DNA from: Octopus sinensis
Taxonomy: Eukaryota
NCBI RefSeq assembly: GCF_006345805.1
Contig: NC_043009.1
Span: 7,068,001 to 7,132,000, forward strand
Direction: 5' to 3'
DNA: 64,000 nt
The translations under genes were made by a program, and so were the position numbers. Positions 13,779 through 25,970 of the stretch are shown one piece after another. Position 1 is the first letter of the stretch, and each line of letters opens with the position of its first letter. Under the pieces are notes generated by a model. That model made no database searches. It was given only the letters and a program-made list of their open reading frames with translations, and had not been told where the DNA came from.

Positions 13779-14463
13779 CGTATTCCCTTACGACACACAT
13801 ACACAGAAATACATGCAAAGACACATACGCATAAACAGAGGCATATACACACGTATACCCAAACGTGTGTATGTTTGTGTGTGTATGTGCGCAGAGATAT
13901 CCATGATATCCACACACTCACTCACACAAAAACACACACATACATATATATATATATAAACTTATACATACGAACACACATACATGTCCACACACTAAAA
14001 TACGCATATAGAGTCACAAACACACACATATATAGTCACAGATACCTATACACACAGATAGCCGTATAGTGATTCATGTATATACACACTTGTACACACG
14101 TAGAGATGATGCAAAGGCACACGCACACACAAACTCACCCACACACACATATATACGCAAGTATACCCACCCTTACTCACACACATACATATATACAGAC
14201 AGATCCATGCGCATACAAACACACGCATACAAACAGCCTTACAAGTATACGTCCGCATGCACACACATATACACACACACATACAGAGAAGCAAACATAC
14301 TCACACACACACACATACGCACATATACCCACACACACTCACATACATACATACATACATACATACAATAGACAGATCCAGGCGCTTACGAACACACGCA
14401 TACAAACACCCTTACAGACAGTCAAATACACACACACACGCACATATATACATACACACACAT

Positions 14464-14470
<7 letters not shown>
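13779..14470 (+). repeat. Direct repeat copy 1 (partner at +3890)
   Basis: cgacacacatacacagaaatacatgcaaagac...tagagatga is near-identical to 17669-18000 and is followed by ~172-bp degenerate units. Confidence 0.85.
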
Positions 14471-14495
<25 letters not shown>

Positions 14496-14779
14496 GCCCA
14501 CGCGTATTCGCATTCTCATACGCACACGTACGTACACGCGACATACGCACAAGCGCGCACCTATGAACCCACAAAGGCATGCACGCCCACACATACACAT
14601 AAGCATGCAGGCACGCATACACACATACACACACGCACACGTACACACACACACACACGGACCCGCCAACACAGAGCCGATTCGTTTTCGGAATCTCTCA
14701 ATGATGTTGCCTGCTGGTTGGATATTAACTAACGCAGTCACGTATCACCTCGCAGTTCTGATGCAATGCCACTACGACA

Positions 14780-17483
14780 CTGGAAATGACGTCGACGACA
14801 AGGATATTGACGACGGCGGTGGCGGCGATCTCGGCGGAGACGGTGGTGGCGGTTGCTGTTGTTGTTATTGTTGTGGTGGTGGTGGTGGTGCTGTTGGTGG
14901 TGTTGGTGTTGGTGGTTGTGGTGTTAGTGGTGGTGTTGGAAGCGCGGGATCTGATGGTGCTGGTGGTGGAGGTGGTAGTGGTTATGGTGGTGGTGGTAGT
15001 GGTTATGGTGGTTGGTGGTGGTAGTGGTGGTGGTGGTGGTAGTGGTAGTGGTTATGGTGGCGGTGGTGGTAGTGCTGGTGGTGGTTTTGGAAGCGCGGGA
15101 TCTGATGGTGCTGGTGTTGGTGTTGTTGTGATGGTGGTACCGGTGGTGGTGGTGGTGGTACTGGTGGTGGTGGTGGTGGTATTAGTGGTGGTGTCGGAAG
15201 CGCGAGATTTGATGGTGTTGTTGTTGTTGTTGTTGGTGGTGGTTGCATTCGTGGTGGCGATTGTGTTGTTGGATTTGGTAGTGTTGACAGAGGATATAGT
15301 GGTGTTTGGTGTGGTAGTTGTGGTAGTAGTGGAGGTGGTAGTGGTGATGGCGGGTGGTGGTGGTGTTGGATGTGGTTGTGGTTGTTGTAGGGATGGTAGT
15401 GGTGACGGTGATAGCATTAACAGTACCGGTGGTGGTGTTAATGGTGGCGGTGTTTGTGGAATTTCGTTGTGATACTGGTGCAGGTGGAGGCTGGATTTGG
15501 TGGTTGACATGTTGTTGTTATTGTTGTTGTTGTTGTTGCTGCTGCTGTTGTTGTTGTTATTGTTGTTGGTGTTGTTGTTGTTGTTGGTGGTGGTGGTGTT
15601 GATGATGATGATGATAATGATAGTGGTGGTGGAAGTGGTTGTTGAGTTGCTGGCGGTGGAGGTAGTAATGATGATGCTGGTGATGGTGGTGGTGGTGTTA
15701 GTGATGACGATAATAATAATGATGATGATGGCGATGATGATGATGATGAGGAAGTTGGTGATGATGGCGGTGGTGATGGTGGAGGATTTTCGTTGTGATG
15801 GTGTGGACGTTGATACTAGTGATGTTGGTGTTAGTCATTTCGATGATGGCGGCGGTGGATGTCAGTAATGACCATGGTGATGATGATGATGGTGGTGATG
15901 GTCGTGGCGGGAAAGTTTGCTGTGTTTGCAAATATCAGGATGCTACCATCGACGGTGACCAATTTGGTGAACCTAGTATTTAGTGATGGGTTTTGTAGTG
16001 GTGGTGGTGGTGATGGTGGTGATGGTGGTAGTAATTGTGGTGATGGTGGTGGCGATTGTGGGGGTGGTTGTGGTGGTGGTTGTAGTGATGATGGTAGTGA
16101 TGGGGGTGGTTGTGGTGGTGGCGGCGGTTGTGGTGGTGGCTGTTGTAGTAGTGGTGGTGGTGGTGGTGGTGGTGGTGGCGGCGATTGTGGTGGTGGCGGT
16201 TGTAGTGGTGGTGGTGGTGGTGGTGGTGGTGGAGGTGAACGATTAGGTGGGGGTTGGTGTTGGCATTGGTGGTTATGTTCTTTATGACGTTGGTGATGAT
16301 GATGCTGATAACAAAGGTGGTGCTGGTGGCGGCGGTGGCGATGGCGGCGGCGGTGGCGATGGCGGCGGCGGTGGCGATGGCGGCGGCGGTGATGGTGGTG
16401 GTGGTGGCAAGTGTGCTGTTACACTGGAGTGCATTGTTGAGAGCAATGGTGGTAGGGTGACCACATACTTGTTATGAAACTGGTGGTATAGGAGGTGGCA
16501 TTCTGGTTGTACGTTGTGTATGGTGGTCTTTGGTGGTGGTGTTGTTGTTGTTGTGGTGGTGGTGCTGTTGTTGTTGTGGTGGTGGTGGTGCTGTTGTTGC
16601 TGTTGTTGTTGTTGTGGTGGTGGTGGTGGTGGTGGTGCTGTTGTTGCTGTTGTTGTTGTGGTGGTGGTGGTGCTGCTGTTTATTGCTGTTGTTGTGGTGG
16701 TGGTAGTGGTATCGTTGTTGTTGTTGTTGTTGTCGTTGTGGTGGTGGTGATGGTAGTGGTGGCGGTTGAGGCGGTGGCGGCGGTGGCAGTACTGCTTGTG
16801 TCAGTTTGGTGGTGGCAGTATAGATGGGTTCGGTGTGGTGATGGTGGTGGTAGTAGTTTTGGAGTTAGTGCTTCTTGTGGTGGTGTGGACGGAAGTGGCG
16901 GTGGGATGACCCTGAGGAGGTTCAAAGGTTAGTGCTAAGGTCACTGAGGGTAGAGGTAGGGATGGTGGTAATGGGGGAGTGAATGTGGTGTTGAAAGGTG
17001 GTGACAGCGACGGTGATGGGGGGGGTGACGATGTTGACAATGGTCATGGTGATGGAAGGTGATGCTGGTTGTAACGGTGCTGTTGGTCACGATGTTGACG
17101 AGGACGGCGGCGACAACGACGACAATTATGATGTTGATGACGGTGATGATGATGATGATGATGATGACGATGATGACGATGATGACGATGATAACGACGA
17201 CGATGATGATGATGATGATGATGATAGTTGTATCCACCACAAAGAGGAGCAGAGGGAGAAGGAAGGGGACGATGTTGAAATGACAATGACGACGCCGACG
17301 ATGAATGAAGATGATGACATTGGTGATGACGCCGACGACGACTGCGACGACAACGACGATTATGATGATGACGATGACGATGATGATGACGAGGACGAAG
17401 AAAAAATAGGAGGATGGAGATGATGAGACGACAATGACAAGGACGGTAATGACGGTGGAGATGATGACGATGGTGATGATGAC

Positions 17484-17520
<37 letters not shown>

Positions 17521-17569
17521 GTGATGATGGTGTTGATGACGACGACGATGATGATGATGATGTTGATGT

Positions 17570-17606
<37 letters not shown>

Positions 17607-17609
17607 AGC

Positions 17610-17647
<38 letters not shown>

Positions 17648-17665
17648 CGATGATGACGATGACAA
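14780..17665. repeat. GC-rich trinucleotide mosaic (GGT/GTT/GGC/GAT/GAC)
   Basis: Direct reading; strongly G/T-biased on the plus strand; no single open frame across the block. Confidence 0.9.
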
Positions 17666-17668
17666 TGG

Positions 17669-18143
17669 CGTATTTCCTCACGACACACATACACAGAAAT
17701 ACATGCAAAGACACATACACATAAACATAGGCATATACACACGTACACCCAAACGTGTGTATGTTTGTGTGTGTATGTGCGCAGAGATATCCATGATATC
17801 CACACACTCACTCACACAAAAACACACACATACATATATATATATATAAACTTATTCATACGAACACACATACATGTCCACACACTGAAATACGCATATA
17901 GAGTCACAAACACACACATATATAGTCACAGATACCTATACACACAGATAGCCGTATAGTGATTCATGTATATACACACTTGTACACGCGTAGAGATGAC
18001 GCAAACGCATACACACACACAGACACACACACATACGCACAGATACCCACTGACACTTACACACATACATACAGACAGACAGATTCATTCGCATACGAAC
18101 ACACGCATACAAACACCCTTACAAGAATACGCCTGCATTCACG

Positions 18144-18183
<40 letters not shown>

Positions 18184-18490
18184 CAAACATATACAGACAC
18201 ACACACACATACGCACATATACCCACGCACACTCACACATACATACATACATACAAATCCATCCGCATACGAACACATGCATACAAACACCTTTATACAC
18301 AAGAATACGTCCGCATGTACACACATATATATACGCGCGCACACACACATAGGCAAACGCACACACCCACATGCACATATACGCACATATACTCATGCAC
18401 ACTCATACACATACATACATACAGATCCATGCGCATACGAATACACGCATACAAACACCCTTACAAGAATACGTCCGCAAGCACGCACAT
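17669..18490 (+). repeat. Direct repeat copy 2 with three ~172-bp degenerate units
   Basis: ORFs 13875 and 17765 are near-identical; cagatcc..gcatacgaacacacgcatacaaacacccttacaag recurs at ~18078, 18252 and 18420. Confidence 0.85.
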
Positions 18491-18509
18491 ATATATATAT
18501 ATATATATA

Positions 18510-18860
18510 TATAAAATTGAATAAGGGTAGAAATTGATATTAATCAATTAAAACCAGTGGCCTAGCATATTAAAAAATCCGAAGATTAAAATATTTTTAC
18601 ATACAAAATTTAAAGGACTGACCACTAAAAGTGGACGGTCAACATGCTAGATATAGTTTTATAGATGTTATACTTCACTGAATTGGTAGCGAGAGCCTGG
18701 TCTTGTGCAGCAATGATCAGGCTTTCGCTGGTACGCTTCAAATCACTTCGCTCAAGCCATGCCCACGATGCTGTATTATCCTTAACGTCCCGTGTATTAT
18801 CCTTGACGTCTATATCTAGTATGTTGACCGTCCACATTTAGTGGTCAGTCCTTTAAATTT

Positions 18861-18865
<5 letters not shown>
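18510..18865. repeat. 56-bp inverted repeat enclosing an inverted copy of R4-type LINE sequence
   Basis: Arms 18601-18656 and 18810-18865 (2 mismatches); the spacer translates on minus as DVKDNTASWAWLERSDLKRTSESLIIAAQDQALATNSVKYNIYKT. Confidence 0.9.
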
Positions 18866-18897
<32 letters not shown>

Positions 18898-19089
18898 GCA
18901 CAAAGGCAAATGATGGCGACGACTATGATGCCAATTATGACCACGGTGAAAAGTAGTACTATAGTTTCGGCGATTTTGGTAATAGTGTCGGTACAGCCTG
19001 TAAGAGTGACGGTTCTGATGATAAAGATGAATGTTATTGAAATAGGGAGGCACGATATAAACACAATCTATGAGACAACCTAATTCGTG

Positions 19090-21060
19090 ATAATGGTCAT
19101 CATCATCATACAAAGGAAGCAAGAAGGATGTAGGAAGAGTTCTCAGAGTTCCAAGGTTCACCTGAATAAAGGTTTTGAGGCATTGTAAAAAAAAAACATC
19201 ATACAAGCATGTCTATGGTTTGGATTGATTTTAAGAAGGCATATGATATGATGCCTCATTCTTGGATCGTTGAATACTTGCAGATGTTTGGAGTTGCTGA
19301 CAAGAACACAAATTTTCTGATGCATTCCATGAAAGAGTAGAAAGCCAAATTGTTCTCAAGTAATGTATTCCTTGGAGAAGTTAATATTAAAAGGGAAATC
19401 TTCCAAGGTGACTCGTTTGCTCTGTGACTATTTGTAATTGCACTAATACCCATAACAATGACACTTAGGAAATTTAAGATGGGTTACAGATGTGGGAAGA
19501 AGGGCCCATCATGCTGCCCTTGTGGAAAATTAAATAAAATAAAAAAGGGTCCATCGTTGAACCATCTTTTGTTTAGGGATGACCTGAAATTGTTTGGGAA
19601 ATCTGAAAAACAGATAGATTCCTTAACCAAACAGTCCAGAAGTTTGGTAGAGGCATCTACATGGAATTTGGGATTACCAAATGCTCAGTACTTAATATGA
19701 AAACAGGGGAGAAAGCAGCCTACAGAGGATTGCGGTTACCATCAGGAGACACTGTGGGTGAACCCGACGGTAGTGGGTATAGATATTTAGGGATTTTGGA
19801 GCTGGATGACATTCTACACAAAGAAATGAAAGTCAAGGTCAGCGAGGCGTTTCAAAAAAGTGTGAAGATGATTGTGAAATCCAACCTGAACGCCAAAAAT
19901 TTGATTACCACAATGAATATCTGGGCAGTTGCGGTGAACAGATATAGTGCGTCCATCTTGAAATGGACTAAGGAGGAAATATCAACACTGGATAGACGGC
20001 CAAGAAAGTTGATGACGCTGCATGGGGAGCTACACTCTAAAGCAAACATAAAGAGTCTGTATATGAAAAGAAAGAATGGCAGCAGAGAACTAATTAGTAT
20101 AGACCATTGTATAAGGTGTAAAAGGAGAACGCTTGCCGTGTATTTGATAAATAGTGATGAAGACTTGCTGCAATATGCCGCGAAAGATATGAGTGTAAAT
20201 GCAGATGAAATGTTGAACAAGGTAGAGTTTAACCAAAGAGTTGAGGAGAAGAGAAAAGAAGACCTTCTTGAAATGAGAATGCATTGACAATTTGAAAGGA
20301 ATACACGGGACGTTAAGGATAATACAGCATCGTGGGCATGGCTTGAGCGAGGTGATTTGAAGCGCACCAGCGAAAGCCTGATCATTGCTGCACAAGACCA
20401 GGCTCTCGTTACCAATTCAGTGAAGTATAGCATCTATAAAACTTCTGACACCCAGAAATGCAGACACTGTGAAATCAGTGTGGAAAATGCGACCCACATT
20501 GATAAGTGGATGTGAGAGCCTTGCACAAAAAGAATACAAGTGCCGCCACGATAAAGTGCGTGTGTATCTTCATTGGCTCTTATGCCATAAATGCTAATAG
20601 GAAGTAACAAGAAACCGGTATGAACAAGTACCAAGTAAAGTTATGCAGGATAATGGGAAAATAACGATACACTGGGACTATGGTTTTCAGATGGATCGTG
20701 TAATCAAACACCGTCGGCCGTATATTGCCATATGTAATAAGAGAGACAGATACTGTCAGATAATTGATGTAGCCATACCAAATGACATGAATGCTGTGAG
20801 TAAAGAGGTTGACAAAATCACCAAGTACTTCGAACTGGAAGTGGAAATGGCAAGACTGTATGGAATGCGAGAGGGTAATGTAAAAGTGATACCAGTGATA
20901 CAACTGGAAATCCCATGCAAGATTGATGTCTTACAAAAAGCAGCCTTATTGGACGCAACGAACATCTTAAGGAAAGTATTATCTAGTTGAGGTCCTTGTT
21001 GTGACTTGACAGATGACTAAAGACTCCGGTGTATTTTTACTTACACTGTGTTGCCAAGGA
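19090..21060 (+). mobile_element. 5'-truncated R4/Dong-clade non-LTR retrotransposon (RT + zinc knuckle + restriction-like endonuclease), pseudogenised
   Basis: WIDFKKAYDMMPHSW, IFQGDS, LNHLLFRDDLKLF, MEFGITKC, YRYLGILE, ESLIIAAQDQAL, CRHC..ENATHI, RHDKV, HRRPYI..IIDVAIP..KITKY, LQKAALL..NILRKVL; multiple stops and frameshifts; ends in (AAT/AAC)n. Confidence 0.92.
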
Positions 21061-21077
21061 ATAATGATAACAACGAT

Positions 21078-21108
<31 letters not shown>

Positions 21109-21199
21109 CAACAATAATAATAATAATGATACAGTACCAGATATTGGCTTTCATTGCTTCTGATCTTAACTGATTGGAAGTGTTATGTACATTGTTTTG

Positions 21200-21695
21200 T
21201 ACATAAGATGGCATAGGCACACACCAGAAAAGGTCACAGAAAACGAGAAAGCAACCATACAGTGGGATATGCCGATACACACAGATAGAGAAATTAAGGC
21301 CAACAGACCAGATATAGTTGTCAGAGATCCTGAAGAAAAAAATGCTTTCTAATTGATGTATCAATACCGGCAGAAGACAACGTGTCTCTAAAAGAAATGG
21401 AGAAACTTTCAAAATACAAAGACCTGGAAATAGAGGTAACCAGAATGTGGAATCTAAAAATAGAGACAATCCCTATCATAGTAGGTGCATTAGGCATGAT
21501 AAAAAATATTCAGACAAATACATAACAAAACACCAGGACTTACAAATACATATAACATACAGAAAATTGCACTACTAGGCACTGCACTTTCCATACAATA
21601 ACCATCAGAGCATCACAACAAATCACAGCACATACTCAAGACACACAGAGCTGCGCTCGGTAGTGAAGTGAAAGCACGCTATAAAAATAGAACTA

Positions 21696-21700
<5 letters not shown>
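21200..21700 (+). mobile_element. 3' fragment of a second R4/Dong-type LINE family
   Basis: WHRHTPEKVTENEKATIQWDMPIHTDREIKANRPDIVV..FLIDVSIP..EKLSKYKDLEIEV..W..IPIIVGALG; the 3' UTR runs into (TAA)n at 21700-21760. Confidence 0.9.
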
Positions 21701-21761
<61 letters not shown>

Positions 21762-22491
21762 TGAGCATGAAAGCGGACGAAATCTTGCTTAGCAACTCGC
21801 CCGGCGAATTCGATGATTCTGTCAAATCAATAACAACAGCAACAGCAACATCATCAATGACATAAGTAAAAAGAACTTCGCCAGCAACATTAGCATCAGC
21901 AACAACACCAATGATGCCAACGACAATAACAGGAAGAGAATGAGTATAAGCGTAAGAGAATTGGCACTCAATTGCAGTCGGGAGTCTGGAGTGAGCAAAG
22001 AGAGAATCCTTCAGAGTAGGTTCGAACAGGAGATACGCGTTTCAGTGAAGGACATTAAGCTTTTCAATATCGTGATCCTAATCTCGATGTAAGAGGAGCA
22101 ATTGAAACCAATAACAAAGGAAATATTGATTTCTGACATAGGCACAATGGCATATATTTTTGTTGTTGTTGTTGTTGTGCTGGTGCTGCTGCTGGTGTTG
22201 TTGTTGCTGCTGGTGCTGGTGGGAAGGGTGTAGGAATAATCGATTAAATCGACACCAGTACTTGACTCGTTCTTACAATATCGATCTTCAAATCATGTAA
22301 GGTACACTTGACCTCGGCTGGAATAGAAATAAATGCAAAACAAAAACAAAATAAAGATACAAGCAAAACGAAATAAAAATAAGTGTATTTTATTTTGGTT
22401 GGTGCTATCCGGATTCTGGTAAATATCATTCCGAAATAATATCGATATTAATTAACATTTTCTTTTGTTTTAAAAAATGTCCATGATATAC

Positions 22492-22780
22492 TGGCGCAGG
22501 AGTGGCTGTGTGGTAATAAGTTTGCTTGCAAACCACATGTGTGTCATTGTGTAGCACCTCAGCCAGCTGACTTCTATTATAGTCTCGGGTCGACCAAATG
22601 CTTGTGAGTAGAGATACTAGAAGGAAACTGAAAGAATCCTGTCGTATATATGTATAATTATATATATATATATATATATGAATATGTATATATATGTTTA
22701 TATATATGTATATATATATATTTATATATATATATATAAATATGTATATATACGTTTATATATATGTATATATATATATT

Positions 22781-22864
<84 letters not shown>

Positions 22865-23290
22865 ATATATATATATATATATATGTATAAACATATATAT
22901 ATATACATATACATATATATATATGTATGTATGTATGTACATGTATATGTATATATATATATATATATATGTACATGTATATATATATATATATATACAT
23001 GTATATATATGTATATATATATATGTATACATATATATATATATGTGTGTATACATATATATATATATATATACATATAAATATATACGTGCGTAGGTCT
23101 TTGTGTCTGTGTTTGCCACCCACCACCACTTCACAACCGGTGTTGGTGCGTTTATGCCGCCGTAATCTAGTAGTTCGGCAAAAGTTTCCGATAGAATGAG
23201 TATCAGGCATCAAAAAATATTAATCGAGTCGATTCGTTCGATTTAAATTCTTGAAGGCGGTGCCCCAGCATAGGCTACCAGAAACAATAT
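22492..23290 (+). mobile_element. SINE family B with ~440-bp internal (TA)n expansion
   Basis: Head ggcgcaggagtggctgtgtggtaa; the 3' half resumes at ~23097. Confidence 0.75.
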
Positions 23291-23479
23291 AGGATAAAAG
23301 TTTAAAGATATGTTTTCTCTTTTACTAGTTCTAGCCTTTGGACTGCGGTCATGTTGGTGCATTTTGTCTGTTTTGATTTGAACGGATTGCCTTCAGTGTA
23401 ATACATATTCTAGCAGCTTCCCTGCGCAACCACTGTGGGGACGTAAACAAACCGTATATATATATGTATGGGCCAAATA

Positions 23480-24990
23480 TCAACTACATAAAAAACAAAA
23501 AATCAATTAGATGAAATTAACCAAATTTCTCTAGAAACTGGAATGAAAAGTAGTGCGTCCAAACGTGCATTTTGGACAATAGTACGTGGAGAAGTTGTGC
23601 CCTTTTCTAAACACTTAGAAATGAAAGGCTTGACAATAGAGCTTCAACAGTCAGGTGACAATTATTGGTATCTTGGATAAGATGAGAATGTCATATATAA
23701 CTTATGAATAAGAAAAAGACCAGGAATGACTACCCCAGGAGAGTAAAACAGAACATAGTTATTAGAACTCTCAGCTTAAAACAAGAATAATGCCCAAAAC
23801 ACCTTTGCAGTAAATGTCTGCTCACCATATTTTGGCCTTGCGAACTGGTCGATACAAGAACTCAATGAGATGGATGTTGAACCTCAGAGCAACTTCGTGT
23901 TACAGGAAACTTCAGCATCAAAGTTGATGTGGAATGGCTATGCTTCCCAGCAAGGATGTTGATCACAGTTACAAATTTGTATTGATGTCATATGAAGTAC
24001 GCTGTATTGTGACAATGAAACATCTGCATCAGAGGAAAAAGACATCTAACTATCTTGCCCGAATGTTTGTTAATGAAATCAACTACATAATTAGGATAGT
24101 TAATGAACTTGAGGAGGTCTATAAAATAAGAGATGATGAGGATCTATCTCCAAGGAACGTTGATAAAATCTACTTATCAAGACAACAAAATAATAAAAAT
24201 GGACTATTTCATTGAGAAGATAGTACGAGTGTATTTGGCTCAAAAAAGACAAGCCATATAAGTTATTGATCATGTCAAAAGTTTAGCATGGAGAACCGAC
24301 ACTCTTATGATATCCTATTTCGAAGGTTACCTCCATATAATATAGAGAGACGCACAAAGTACCTACAACATTAAAAGCAGAAATCGTTGACAGACAAAAA
24401 ATGTAGGTTGTGCTAGAGTAAGACAAAAGGCATCGGTCACATTTTTACCAACTGCGCGAGTATGTCTTCCAAATATTATTTCCCCATGAGCTATGATGCC
24501 GTGGAAGAGGATGACAAGAGAGAAAGTCTGGAAGAGGATGACAAGAAAGAATGCACCTGCTGACGAAATCGATTATGTTGAGATCGATAACTGAAAAGAA
24601 TATTGGTGTGACTTAGAAATATAAAATAGCCACCAATTTAAAACACAACCGTCGAGATATAGTCGTGTGGGACGCCAAGGAAAAGATATGTTCTGCAGCG
24701 GCAATCACCTGCCCTCTTGATACGAATGTGGTCAGAAAAATACAAGAGAAAAAAGAAATCTATGGACTATTAATAAACAGTTTGGAAATCCAGACCCAAA
24801 ATACACTTTTAGCTCCATAACTATTATTTTTGGAGTGACAGGATATATATATATCAACCCGTCTGAAGCACAGTATTGCTGAACTTGGGTTTTTAGGGAG
24901 AGGACGCTAATCCTTGATTCTTATACTACAGATGATTACGATATCTAGGACAATAAAAATCAGCAAGACCTTCGTAAGATGAAAAGGATG
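23480..24990 (+). mobile_element. Highly decayed R4-type RLE LINE
   Basis: Remnants TKFSLETGMK, YWYLG, KHNRRDIVVWDAKEKICS..ITCPLDTNVVRKIQEKKEIYG, LQMITISRTIKISKTF. Confidence 0.7.
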
Positions 24991-25159
24991 ATGAACAAAA
25001 CGAAACACTTTCCTTCAGAGCTTTGCTTCCACGTAGATGGCCAGTCAAAATTTATTCTAAAGTAAAAAGTGACAACAACGTGCATGCAAGCATGCATACG
25101 TACATGCATGCATGCGTGTACATATATACATGCAAGTGTGCATACATTCATGCGTGCAA

Positions 25160-25263
<104 letters not shown>

Positions 25264-25746
25264 GTATGTATATAAACTTACATACATCAGGAGGCTACCA
25301 CAGGAACTGTACAAATTTGTCAAATTTTCCAGAGTTTTACCATTTATGCAACCGTATGTCTAGACATGCATCTATATGCACGTGAATACATACATAAAAC
25401 AAAACATAAAATTCTGCACATTTATCTAACTCCAACTACGAAACATATACGTACATATATGTAAAAATACCCAGTTGATGTTGGTGAAATTCCAATAAAG
25501 AGTGCTTGGGTCTCGGTTACAAACTGGCTTTTTCTCTATTGGTGAAAAATCTTGAAATAGAATTGAATAATGACATACATACACACACATATACACACAC
25601 ATAAACGCACGCGCACACAAAGGCACGCATACACACACACATACACACACACACACTCACACACTCACACACACTGTTTGCTTTCTGATACTTGATTTAA
25701 ATGCTTTATCTTTTGCTGCTAATAACTTCATAGATATTTTCTCGTA

Positions 25747-25970
25747 TTAAGGCGGCGAGCTGGCAGAAACGTTAGCACGCCGGGCGAAATGCTTAGAGGT
25801 ATTTCGTCTGCCGTTACGTTCTGAGTTCGAATTCCGCCGAGGTCGACTTTGCCTTTCATCCTTTCGGGGTCAATTAAATAAGTACCAATTACGCACAGGG
25901 GTCGATATAATCGACTTAATCCCTTTGTCTGTCCTTGTTTGTCATATCTGTGTAAAGAAATAGATATTTT
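25747..25970 (+). mobile_element. SINE family A
   Basis: Near-consensus head, B-box and core. Confidence 0.88.

Noticed and set aside
9777-14732. Many long ORFs rich in Y/I/H/T/C/V
   Set aside because: Translations of (TA)n/(CA)n microsatellites, which lack stops in several frames.
16998-17423. Asp-rich ORF resembling acidic biomineralisation proteins
   Set aside because: Explained by (GAT/GAC)n within the trinucleotide mosaic; no signal peptide or exon boundaries.
21128-21200. Weak U2 snRNA resemblance on minus strand (atcagttaagatcaga)
   Set aside because: Only a short, roughly 70% match from memory, with no branch-point recognition sequence or Sm site; needs cmsearch.
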